Of a stretch of 64,000 nt of DNA, positions 36,784-46,068 are shown one piece after another. Made by a program: the position numbers and the translations under genes. Source of the DNA: a virus; IMG/VR virus record IMGVR_UViG_3300013132_000036, positions 20,524 to 84,523 of that record. One strand, given 5' to 3'. The number at the start of each line of letters is the position of its first letter. The stretch's first letter is position 1. The notes under the pieces are model-generated. The model searched no databases and was not told the origin of the DNA. It saw only the letters and a program-made list of their open reading frames with translations.

Positions 36784-37701
36784 TTAGAATGTAAAGCCTT
36801 GTGTAGAATTAACAACCACCCAAGATCCTTTTTGTGTCGCTGCTCCCTGATCTATTCTTGGCTCCCACATAAGTGTAATTGATGACTTGTATTGGTTACC
36901 AGGTGTTTGTATAATAGGATCTGAATAAGAGCCGTCTCCTGTAGAAAATCCTGTATAATAGTAAGGCGAAGGACCAGTAACTCCAGTAGATATTATTCCT
37001 GCAGTGGTAGCAGCGTCTACTAATGTTACTGTGTAGCCAGCAGGAATATCAGAAGCAGTTGCTCCATTACCTGTTGCTGCATAAAAGAAAAATCCTGTAG
37101 CGTTTGAAGCATCAGCCGTCGCGCCTGAAACAAAGTCTGATTGTATATAGATAACATTTTCAGTTAAATTTAATTGGTAAGGACTGGAATATGTTCCAGT
37201 AACACCTGCACCAGGTGCAGAAGGAAAAGCTGTAGTTGAACCAACGGTAGCTTTTCTATTTGTATTTACAAAATTACCGGAAGCTCCTATCGTCATTCTT
37301 CCTTCTACATTAAGAACACTTTGGAAAGTTGCTGTTGCCCCAAATGTTGATGCCCCAGAAGCAGAAAAGCTATTGACCTGAAGAATGTTTGAAAAAATAC
37401 CAGTAGCTCCTGCCACTGTGTTTGTAAACACTATAGAACCTCCACTTGCTCCTGTACCATATATTTGAATGGTGGGTGAACCAGATGCTGGCATCACCAA
37501 GCTGTTAGATAGGAGGGATTTAGATTTTATTTGTCCACTCGATGCACTAGAAACGTCTAATGATCCAGTTAACACATTAATATTAAATGTGTTTTCTAAA
37601 TCATTATAAGCATTTTCTAGGAGCAAAAAGTTAGCATTAATAGTTAATCTTGATCCTGATATAGAATCCGTTCCGAGGATTTCAGTAATTGTTATTGCCA
37701 T
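36784..37701 (-). CDS. Short fibre / baseplate-attached protein
   Basis: N-terminal TD...SRLTINANF anchor motif; G/S/T/A-rich; ends with a WVVV beta-strand. Confidence 0.6.
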   Translation of the reverse strand: MAITITEILGTDSISGSRLTINANFLLLENAYNDLENTFNINVLTGSLDVSSASSGQIKSKSLLSNSLVMPASGSPTIQIYGTGASGGSIVFTNTVAGATGIFSNILQVNSFSASGASTFGATATFQSVLNVEGRMTIGASGNFVNTNRKATVGSTTAFPSAPGAGVTGTYSSPYQLNLTENVIYIQSDFVSGATADASNATGFFFYAATGNGATASDIPAGYTVTLVDAATTAGIISTGVTGPSPYYYTGFSTGDGSYSDPIIQTPGNQYKSSITLMWEPRIDQGAATQKGSWVVVNSTQGFTF

Positions 37702-37718
37702 TTGATTTTTCTTTTTTT

Positions 37719-37728
37719 GATATATATC
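37719..37728. promoter_or_regulatory. Palindromic GATATATATC, possible bidirectional late promoter
   Basis: Reads GATATATA on both strands, between divergent genes 37701(-) and 37813(+). Confidence 0.5.
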
Positions 37729-37812
37729 CTGTATTTAATACTTTAAGAAAAGACGGGGTTAATTATTAAACAGAGAAACATCAAATATGTTTCTTAAAAT
37801 AAAAAAAATCTT

Positions 37813-38487
37813 ATGACTACAGGAAGCAACTGGACACAAAAAAGAAAACCTAAAAATCCTATTAAGTTTAAAATTAATCTAAACGACGAACAAAAGGATG
37901 CTAAAGCTATCATTTTAGAAAATCCCGTTAACGTTCTTAAAGGAGCTGCTGGGTCGGGAAAAACGTTACTAGCAGTACAAATAGCTCTGGACATGCTATT
38001 TAACAGGGAGATTGAAAAACTAGTTATTACTAGACCAACAGTGGCAAAGGAAGATATAGGTTTTCTTCCTGGGGATTTAAAAGAAAAAATGGATCCTTGG
38101 TTAGCTCCTATCTATGCAAATCTCGAGATGGTCTATGAAAAAACTAAAGTTGAGAAATTACTCAGTGATGGGATTATAGAGATTTTACCATTTCCTTTTA
38201 TGAGAGGTAGAACACTCGTTAATTCTTGTGTGATTGTTGACGAGGCACAAAACGTAACTATGAACCAGATGGAAATGGTATTAGGAAGGCTTGGGATTGG
38301 TTCTAAAATAATCATATGTGGAGACACTTCACAGATTGACTTGAAAAACAAAAAAGAATCTGGACTAGATTTTATGAATACTCTTTCTGCAAGAGTAGAA
38401 GGAGTTAAAGTCATAACATTGAAGAAAAACCATAGACATCCGATAGTACCGGATATTTTAGATGTTTATAGGGAATATACAACATAA
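37813..38487 (+). CDS. phoH: PhoH-family ATPase
   Basis: GAAGSGKT, ITRP, IGFLPGDLKEKMDPW, FMRGRT, VDEAQN, GDTSQID, HRHPIV. Confidence 0.95.
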   Translation: MTTGSNWTQKRKPKNPIKFKINLNDEQKDAKAIILENPVNVLKGAAGSGKTLLAVQIALDMLFNREIEKLVITRPTVAKEDIGFLPGDLKEKMDPWLAPIYANLEMVYEKTKVEKLLSDGIIEILPFPFMRGRTLVNSCVIVDEAQNVTMNQMEMVLGRLGIGSKIIICGDTSQIDLKNKKESGLDFMNTLSARVEGVKVITLKKNHRHPIVPDILDVYREYTT

Positions 38488-38513
38488 AAATAATATACAA
38501 ATAAAAAATAAAC

Positions 38514-39032
38514 ATGAATTACAATTGGCTTAAGGACGAAAAATCCCCAAAAATACTAGTAGAAGCGGTGAAAAATCTAGGGGTAAAAGAAATAGTTGGC
38601 TCCGCACACAATCCAGTTATTCTCGGATGGGCAGGAGAACTTGGACTAAAAAGTATTTACACTAACGACGAAATACCCTGGTGTGGTTTATTTATAGCAC
38701 ATTGTGTACATGTTGCTGGATTCGAAGTGGTTGAAAGACCCTTATGGGCTTTAAATTGGGCCAAGTACGGTAATAAAGTTGATGAGCCTATGTTGGGTGA
38801 TATCCTAACTTTCAAAAGAAATGGAGGAGGGCACGTTGGAATATATGTTGGTGAGGACGAAAAATATTACCACGTTTTAGGGGGTAACCAAAATAATTCG
38901 GTAAGTGTTTCCAGAATTGCTAAATCAAGACTCCACCAGGCAAGAAGAACTAAATGGAAAATTGCACAGCCTGGTAACGTAAGAAAAGTTCTACTGGAAG
39001 CTAAAGGAAATATCACTACAAACGAAAGCTAG
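38514..39032 (+). CDS. TIGR02594-like NlpC/P60-CHAP peptidoglycan hydrolase (endolysin candidate)
   Basis: LGVKEIVG..HNPVI, DEIPWCGLF (catalytic Cys), GGGHVG (His), LGGNQNNSV. Confidence 0.85.
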   Translation: MNYNWLKDEKSPKILVEAVKNLGVKEIVGSAHNPVILGWAGELGLKSIYTNDEIPWCGLFIAHCVHVAGFEVVERPLWALNWAKYGNKVDEPMLGDILTFKRNGGGHVGIYVGEDEKYYHVLGGNQNNSVSVSRIAKSRLHQARRTKWKIAQPGNVRKVLLEAKGNITTNES

Positions 39033-39040
39033 CCAGAATT

Positions 39041-42000
39041 TTAAAATAAATCTTGATACTTATTCAGAGGGGGAAATCCTAATTCTTTCCTATTATAATA
39101 GATGGATCTTAGTAAGTAGTCCTCAGGATTTACAACTTCGGGTTTTAAATCTCCTGCGAAAGCTTCTTTGTGATCTATAACCCTTATCATCCCCCTATGC
39201 TCTGTTTGATATATGTTACCATTGGCATCTTGTAATTCACAAGATATTGTATAGAATCCAGGATTTAAGAAGGTCCATATAAAGTATGGGGTTTTTCTTA
39301 TCTTCACTATGGTCTCACCTGTTTCTGTATCGGTAAGGGTCCATATGTGATTCTTTTTACCGGGGATTAATGAATCAATAGGATTTATAAATATAGTAGT
39401 GGCAAGAGGAATTTCAAACTCCTCCTTGTATAATTTTTCCTCTTTCCATGACCAAGAATGAGAACCTAGCCATGATTGAACTCCACCAATTTTTAATCCA
39501 CTTTGGAATCTTTGCTTAGGGATTTTTCCTAAGAAAGCATCTAAAGAACCGCCAGGAGGGGAAAGGACAATATATGGGGAAAATTCAGATTCACCCTCAA
39601 AGTATCCAGTTATATAAAGATTCTCTTCTTTGTCCAGTACAAGGTCTGCTCCTGAATCGTTATTGATTCCACCTGCAGTAACTATGTCTACTAATAAACC
39701 GTCCTTATTAAATTTTGTTAAGTAGATGTCTGTACCCCCTCTAGATTCAATTTCTTCTGGAGAAAAATATGCAGGAGAAGTGTAAGATCCTGTTATATAA
39801 ACATTTTCCTCAGAGTCACTTTCTATATCATAAGCAGCATCTCCCCCCTGCCCTCCACACATTTTCACCCAAATTAATTTTCCAGTAGAAAGAAGTTTAA
39901 GTACAAAGATATCTGTTGTTCCTGGGAATGATGATATTTTCTGATTTTCTATCTCTATAGTTCCCTCATAGGATCCAGTAACTAGTACATGCCCTTTTGG
40001 GTCTATACATATAGAGGTGTTTCCAAATGATGTACTAGCATCATAAGCAAAGCTGTCTCCCCATAAACATGTTCCGTCTCCAGTAGAAAACTTAGCAACA
40101 AACATGTCAGGATTTCCAACTCCGTTTAGTGTGATAGGATCAAGATCAATTTGTGTTTCGAAAACTCCTGTTAAGTATAAATATTCCTCCTTAAGAACTG
40201 ATAGTTCATAAGCTTTAGAATATGTCGTAGTAGTAAGTTGTTTAGCCCAAACAAATGATAATGATGGATCTATTTTTGCAACAAAAGCTGAATCTTGTCC
40301 AGTAGAAGTAAGTGTGTATGTACCTAATGTGAGAGTTCCTTCAAATGATCCACAGATGTAAATATTTTCATACTTATCTACTTTTATATCTCCCAGGAAT
40401 TGATCTGGCGTAACATTGACGGTGATTGTATTTAATAAGATCCCATCCGAATCATATTTGTTTATTTCTATAAATCCGGTGAGATTGTTATCGCAAGCAA
40501 CATAAATATTATTGTTAGCATCAGTTATAACAGATCTAGCATAAATAGGACCTTGTGGAGAAGTGGAAGATACTGATGTAGCCCATTGAATAACGCCTCC
40601 TTTATTATATTTAGCAACGTAAACTCCTTGATCTAAACTATTTAAATAAACGTCCTGTGTACCTATATTATTAACCTCTCCCATAAATATAGTACCAGTA
40701 AAATCTCCTATTGCTATAATGTCTCCCTCGTTGTCAACTGTGACTTTTACTCCTCGATCTGGGCTACTGTTTCCTAGAGTTATAACCCATTCAAAATTTT
40801 CGAAAAGATCCCTTGATTTTTTCTGAGCTATTCTTTCTATTTGTGAATTTCTCCAATAAGGTTCTTTGTTTGCTTTTCCATTTAAAATATCTCGTAACGG
40901 AGCGTATAAGAAGACATCGTCGATGTTTAAAGATGGAAACTGATCTTTCAGACGATCGACGTTATAACGCTGCCAAATAGGCTTATACCAAGAGTATCTG
41001 TCGACATTAGGCATGACAGGTCTTGTGTAATCAGAGTTGAGAGTTATATTATCATTAAAAGGACCAACTATAAAGCTGAAACCTAATTGTGAAGTTCCTA
41101 TCCCACTACTGGTGATATATTCTACTGAAGGCAGAGGCTTTGAAGTTTCATGATAAACAAAGTCCCATCCGCTAGTTCCTACTGATTTAGCTGTTGCATG
41201 AATATGAGGTATGATGTAATCAATTTTTCCTATTTCTCCATCATCGGTAACAAATAGAAGATTTTTTGGATATGTTGTTTCTCCGTTTTTAATAGTTTTC
41301 CAAGGAGCTGAAAGAAGAGTTTTACCGTGTGAAACATTACAAGGATTTATGAGTGTAGTTCCGTCATTTCTATATAAAACTTTAGTAAAGAAATACCCAT
41401 CAAAGAAGTATAACTCCGTTCCTCCAGGGGAAACCGTTTGATCAATAGTGAACCATATATTAGCATTTCCAGTCTCTACTATATTTCCAAACTTACCTGA
41501 CGATAGCTCAGGATTTGTAGAAGTATTCCATACCGCCCATCTAGTGTGATCCCAATATGCTAAAGCAGATCCAGTACCAATCCACTTATGGTCTAATTTG
41601 TCAAGTTCTATAGAATAAACGTCATTGTCGGGTAACCCTGAATTGGTGCTTGTGTAATTTTTAAAATCTATACCATTAAATCTAGATAATCCAGCATCCG
41701 TTGCTATCCATAGATACCATTTATTCATTCCATAGTATTCTAATCTAAGATCCCTGATATTATCAGAAGGAATGTCAGAATTAGATGTAGTGTAAAGAGA
41801 CCAAGATTTAGCATGGGAATCGTAGAATAAGAGTCCATCAAAAGAAGGCGAAGAGTTACAAGTAAAAGCTGCAAATATATCACCGCTTTGGGGATTTATT
41901 TCTATTGCATTTATACTAGAAGCTGTTATTGGACTAACAGGATTTCCCCCGTTATCTACAAAATCATTAACAGAATAAGCAAAGCTATCGCCTGGATCTT

Positions 42001-45000
42001 TTTCATTTATTTTAATTAGAGGGGTTAAGCTATTTTCTATTCCTATCCACTTAACATCGTTTCTATCTATTTTTATACAATTAGTAAGAATAGAAACCCC
42101 AGGCATTACACTATTTGAAGAATCGTACGTTGTATAATTAGCTCCATCAAATTTAATAACGTCCTCACCAGTAACCCAGATATCACCATCAGCATCCCAA
42201 GCTATTCCTGTAGGCTGAAAAAGAACAGGTGAATATGTGGGAACTTTGAAAAATTTAGATGATATATTTTTAGGACCAGGATTAGTACTAAGATCTGGCG
42301 AAATAGGAGTGTTGTTTATATAAAAATTATTAGGCAGTTCAGAAAATCCCCTAACAGTATAATCAAATCTTTTTATATTCTCGTCTATAGAATCATTTAA
42401 CTGTCCCGCAGCTTCACTTAAATCTAAATAGTTATTTGCCGGTGAATCTGTTTCGTTAAATACTATTCCTTGGGAGTCTTTAGTTACCCTAACTCTATCC
42501 CCATATTGTAAAGAATATAAACCAAATCCACCTAACCAATCGTTGTGATAATCATACATATCCCAAGTATGTGCATAGGATTTTTCAAATTGAAAGTCCT
42601 CAAATGTGTCCCAGGAAATTCTTTTAGTCCCCCAATACTTCATCTCTTTCTTTGGTAGGGTAGAAAAATTATATTCTAGATATTCCTCGGTTTCGTTAAC
42701 ACCCCCAGTAAAAATACCAGATGAGATATTAGAAAGTATAGATCCAGTAGTTTGTACAGTTAATATCTTACCATTCCATAAAGCTCCTGTGTTGTTAGGT
42801 GCTTGTAGTGTAAATTTCTTATAATTTAAAACGGTTGAATCTATAAGATTTATAACTTTGTACTTGGGGTTTAAAGGTGAAGAATTTATTGTGCTATAGA
42901 TTAAACTTGTAGTAGCATTAAGATCTCCCTGGAAATTGCAATCTGCTATTAATAAAGAGTCCGCTGTGATTTTAATATTACCAGATCCATAAACATATCC
43001 CCCACTTATAGCTGTAATAATTATTTCAGGTATCTCGAACGTGGTAGTGCCTGTTACTGTTATTGGATATTGTCCATAAGGTGCTCCAGTAGAATCATAT
43101 ATCCACACAGTATCCCCTGAAGAATATCCGTGAGCGGTGTTTGTCGTTACTATAGCTAATGAATATCCCGATCCATTGTATGTACTAACAATATTATTAA
43201 TATCTATTTGTAAAACTCCTATTTGAAATTCAACATTTGCTTTTACCTCCTGTATTTTGCTTAGAACTTCACACTGCTGGCCTTCATTAAAGTTATTAGA
43301 GTACTCTGGATAATTTTCTATTACATCTGAAATATCTAGAATCTTGTTTGTGTTCTCTACCGGAAATATCCACTGGGAAGGATAACTTTCCCATTTCAAA
43401 GGTGCATTATCCCAATTGTATATTTCAGATTCTCTAAATCTAGTAATAGTGTTTAGTTCTATAGATCTTCTGTCCACTTTCAGTACAGATCTCTTTATTC
43501 CTAAAGAAATAGAATTTAAAGTGTCCCAAACTCTACATTTAACATTGTACTCTCCAACGTAAGGTACAAAATGAACTATAGTCTCTAATTCTGGAAGCCC
43601 TCCTCTAATCTGAAAAAAGTATGGACTTGTATCATCGTCTTTGTATATTGTCCATTCTATCTCGTAAAAATCTAAATATGGTATCCTATCCCAAGAATAA
43701 AATCCATTAGAATGTACAAAATTCTCGTAATAATCGAAAGTGTATGTACTAAATCCTAAATTAGTTGGAGTAACTTCCCAATTTGAATATTCTCCGGATC
43801 CCCTAGTGTACATCATCTGAATATAAAGATCGCCAGTTAATGTATTATAGTCCCCTGCACTGCAATATCCGAGTACCAAATTACCAGGAGAACTTACAGA
43901 TTCTACTCTAACAAATAAAACCTCTGGGGATGTTGTATCAAACCAATCGTTTCCTGTTCCTATATTAATTGTTACACTAGAAGGAAAAGTTGTAGGTAAA
44001 GTAAAGGTAGTAGTGCTGTTAACGGTCTGTAAAGGAGTTCCTGGATTACTAGAAGTAGTGCTAGTGTAACTCGCTATCTGTAAGGGTGTAGTAGTTACTG
44101 TTGTATCAAAAGACTCCCAGCTTCCACTCACATCATCCCAAGGAAGAACAAAAGTATTGTTCTTAATTATTAAAGGGCATCCAGCAGGAAATACGTATTC
44201 TGATCCATTTGAAAACAACTTATATCCTGGATAGTCATAGTCACCATCACCTAAATTTTTAGGCATAGTCCCATTTTTTACGTCGGCATAAAAAGATTCC
44301 ACCGCGCTTTCTAAAGCAGGGATTGTTGGTAAAGGGTATTGTTGAAAATTCGAGTAAGGATCTATAGTATTTCCATAATAGCTTATACCCTCTTCTGCTC
44401 CATTTACAGCAGGATATAAAAGACCCGCTTGATTTGGTTTAATGTAAAAAGGTCTAAGATCCTCGATGTATCCATCTTGTGGAAACACACTAAAGTCTAC
44501 TTTTATACCTCCCTTTACCTCACTTATATCTAATTGGTCCGTCCACCCTCTTGTTTTGTAGATATTAAAATATACACCTTCACCTGTTATATCAATTATT
44601 CTTGCGTTAAGTGGTAGGTAATCTCTTTTTAATCTTTCTTTTAATCCAAATAATTTTATAAGAACCTCTTCCGGACTAAATGCAAAAGCATCCTCTACTA
44701 TAGGATATCCATATTGATCCTCTTCTTGATCCTCTACTACTCTATTTATATCATAAAAAAGCCCAAATAGGGAAGTTTTCTTAAAAGACTTAGAAGGAAA
44801 TAGCTGTTCAAATTGTTTTTTTAAACCAAAAGTCCCATCCTTTCTTTTTCCGTATACTTCTATTTGTTTAAATTTCCCCTCATTTTCGTCTTTGATTAAA
44901 CTACTTATAAGTTCCAATCTACTTTGTCCCTCTATATTTGGAATACTTAATTCATTTAATATCTTTTGATTTTGTTGTAAAGGAGTTAATGTGTCTGCTT

Positions 45001-45820
45001 CATCCTTCTTTATATTAAGCCAATATTCCTTGATTCTTAAATCATAGTATCCAAAGAACTTTATAGCATTAAATAGGGATTTATATGATCCCAGATAAGG
45101 AAATATGCTTTCTCCTGTTAAGAGTAGCTCCTTTCTTTTATTATTGATTACTTCATAATCAGGAAACTCCTCCTTTATATCACTCTCCCTTACTATTAAA
45201 GCATCGGATTGATTAAATTCTCTACCAAAGTTTCCCAGCATGACTGCAAGTCTACTATCTTCTCCTTCAACCTCCCCGTGAAATCCCACCTTTAAAATAG
45301 TAACGGGATTGTTAGGGTCTGTGTAATCTTCTAAAATAAATGATCTGTCATATATTCCTTCGACATCAGAGTTCAAAGCTATATTAATTTGCATTGATGA
45401 CTCATTAATATCACTGGTGACAACTATCCCGCTCGGAGAATCTATTGTGTCTCCCGGTACTACCTCAGGATAAAATTCAACATTATTAGCCTTAACTAAA
45501 ACTGGAGCATCTAGTGTTCCATCGACCCCCAATTCATAAGTGTATATGATATTTGATACGTCAGTTTTTCCGTCATAATTAGATTCCCATCTTGTTCTCC
45601 ATAAAGGGGTTCCTGGACTAGTCCCATAAGAATGTGGAAATCCATATTTTATCTCAGACGAAAGATCTAGAAATTTTTCTATAACGAAGATATGTTGTAC
45701 TTCAAATAGTTTTTCAGAAACTATAGGAAAAAGAACGGATCCTTCCCAATGGTTACCATTCCATTTAAAAATATATTGGTCCCCCTTTTTATCAAAGAAT
45801 AAAAGATTTTCAAAAGTCAT
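39041..45820 (-). CDS. Giant baseplate wedge-like protein with PKD-like and beta-propeller domains
   Basis: 2259 aa; GSYKSLFNAIKFFG (wedge-like), GEYNVKC/PGFYTISC PKD-like ends, Reg_prop-like repeats (TNSGLPDNDVYSI..D...WIGT), SBBP-like repeats (D..GNIYITG.F...D.FVAK). Confidence 0.7.
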   Translation of the reverse strand: MTFENLLFFDKKGDQYIFKWNGNHWEGSVLFPIVSEKLFEVQHIFVIEKFLDLSSEIKYGFPHSYGTSPGTPLWRTRWESNYDGKTDVSNIIYTYELGVDGTLDAPVLVKANNVEFYPEVVPGDTIDSPSGIVVTSDINESSMQINIALNSDVEGIYDRSFILEDYTDPNNPVTILKVGFHGEVEGEDSRLAVMLGNFGREFNQSDALIVRESDIKEEFPDYEVINNKRKELLLTGESIFPYLGSYKSLFNAIKFFGYYDLRIKEYWLNIKKDEADTLTPLQQNQKILNELSIPNIEGQSRLELISSLIKDENEGKFKQIEVYGKRKDGTFGLKKQFEQLFPSKSFKKTSLFGLFYDINRVVEDQEEDQYGYPIVEDAFAFSPEEVLIKLFGLKERLKRDYLPLNARIIDITGEGVYFNIYKTRGWTDQLDISEVKGGIKVDFSVFPQDGYIEDLRPFYIKPNQAGLLYPAVNGAEEGISYYGNTIDPYSNFQQYPLPTIPALESAVESFYADVKNGTMPKNLGDGDYDYPGYKLFSNGSEYVFPAGCPLIIKNNTFVLPWDDVSGSWESFDTTVTTTPLQIASYTSTTSSNPGTPLQTVNSTTTFTLPTTFPSSVTINIGTGNDWFDTTSPEVLFVRVESVSSPGNLVLGYCSAGDYNTLTGDLYIQMMYTRGSGEYSNWEVTPTNLGFSTYTFDYYENFVHSNGFYSWDRIPYLDFYEIEWTIYKDDDTSPYFFQIRGGLPELETIVHFVPYVGEYNVKCRVWDTLNSISLGIKRSVLKVDRRSIELNTITRFRESEIYNWDNAPLKWESYPSQWIFPVENTNKILDISDVIENYPEYSNNFNEGQQCEVLSKIQEVKANVEFQIGVLQIDINNIVSTYNGSGYSLAIVTTNTAHGYSSGDTVWIYDSTGAPYGQYPITVTGTTTFEIPEIIITAISGGYVYGSGNIKITADSLLIADCNFQGDLNATTSLIYSTINSSPLNPKYKVINLIDSTVLNYKKFTLQAPNNTGALWNGKILTVQTTGSILSNISSGIFTGGVNETEEYLEYNFSTLPKKEMKYWGTKRISWDTFEDFQFEKSYAHTWDMYDYHNDWLGGFGLYSLQYGDRVRVTKDSQGIVFNETDSPANNYLDLSEAAGQLNDSIDENIKRFDYTVRGFSELPNNFYINNTPISPDLSTNPGPKNISSKFFKVPTYSPVLFQPTGIAWDADGDIWVTGEDVIKFDGANYTTYDSSNSVMPGVSILTNCIKIDRNDVKWIGIENSLTPLIKINEKDPGDSFAYSVNDFVDNGGNPVSPITASSINAIEINPQSGDIFAAFTCNSSPSFDGLLFYDSHAKSWSLYTTSNSDIPSDNIRDLRLEYYGMNKWYLWIATDAGLSRFNGIDFKNYTSTNSGLPDNDVYSIELDKLDHKWIGTGSALAYWDHTRWAVWNTSTNPELSSGKFGNIVETGNANIWFTIDQTVSPGGTELYFFDGYFFTKVLYRNDGTTLINPCNVSHGKTLLSAPWKTIKNGETTYPKNLLFVTDDGEIGKIDYIIPHIHATAKSVGTSGWDFVYHETSKPLPSVEYITSSGIGTSQLGFSFIVGPFNDNITLNSDYTRPVMPNVDRYSWYKPIWQRYNVDRLKDQFPSLNIDDVFLYAPLRDILNGKANKEPYWRNSQIERIAQKKSRDLFENFEWVITLGNSSPDRGVKVTVDNEGDIIAIGDFTGTIFMGEVNNIGTQDVYLNSLDQGVYVAKYNKGGVIQWATSVSSTSPQGPIYARSVITDANNNIYVACDNNLTGFIEINKYDSDGILLNTITVNVTPDQFLGDIKVDKYENIYICGSFEGTLTLGTYTLTSTGQDSAFVAKIDPSLSFVWAKQLTTTTYSKAYELSVLKEEYLYLTGVFETQIDLDPITLNGVGNPDMFVAKFSTGDGTCLWGDSFAYDASTSFGNTSICIDPKGHVLVTGSYEGTIEIENQKISSFPGTTDIFVLKLLSTGKLIWVKMCGGQGGDAAYDIESDSEENVYITGSYTSPAYFSPEEIESRGGTDIYLTKFNKDGLLVDIVTAGGINNDSGADLVLDKEENLYITGYFEGESEFSPYIVLSPPGGSLDAFLGKIPKQRFQSGLKIGGVQSWLGSHSWSWKEEKLYKEEFEIPLATTIFINPIDSLIPGKKNHIWTLTDTETGETIVKIRKTPYFIWTFLNPGFYTISCELQDANGNIYQTEHRGMIRVIDHKEAFAGDLKPEVVNPEDYLLRSIYYNRKELGFPPLNKYQDLF

Positions 45821-45821
45821 T

Positions 45822-46067
45822 CTATCTTACGTATTTGTTATTTTTAGAAACTGTATAGTTAACATAGTTCTTTATATACTTAGCAGTTTCAAACCAATAA
45901 TAAACTACCTTTTCAATGCTAGCTAGTATGTCCATCCTATTTGCATCACCCTGTAATATGGGATTAGATAGGGTGTTGTCAAATATCTTACCCTCATAAT
46001 CAAAACCAACATTAGATCTTTCGTCGTTCTGTGTTTTTATAAATTCGTACCAGCTTTGCTTTTCCAT
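45822..46067 (-). CDS. Small hypothetical baseplate-region protein
   Basis: 81 aa, 1-nt gaps to both neighbours. Confidence 0.6.
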   Translation of the reverse strand: MEKQSWYEFIKTQNDERSNVGFDYEGKIFDNTLSNPILQGDANRMDILASIEKVVYYWFETAKYIKNYVNYTVSKNNKYVR

Positions 46068-46068
46068 T

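Noticed and set aside
37794-37994. 66-aa minus-strand ORF
   Set aside because: Antisense to the well-supported phoH gene
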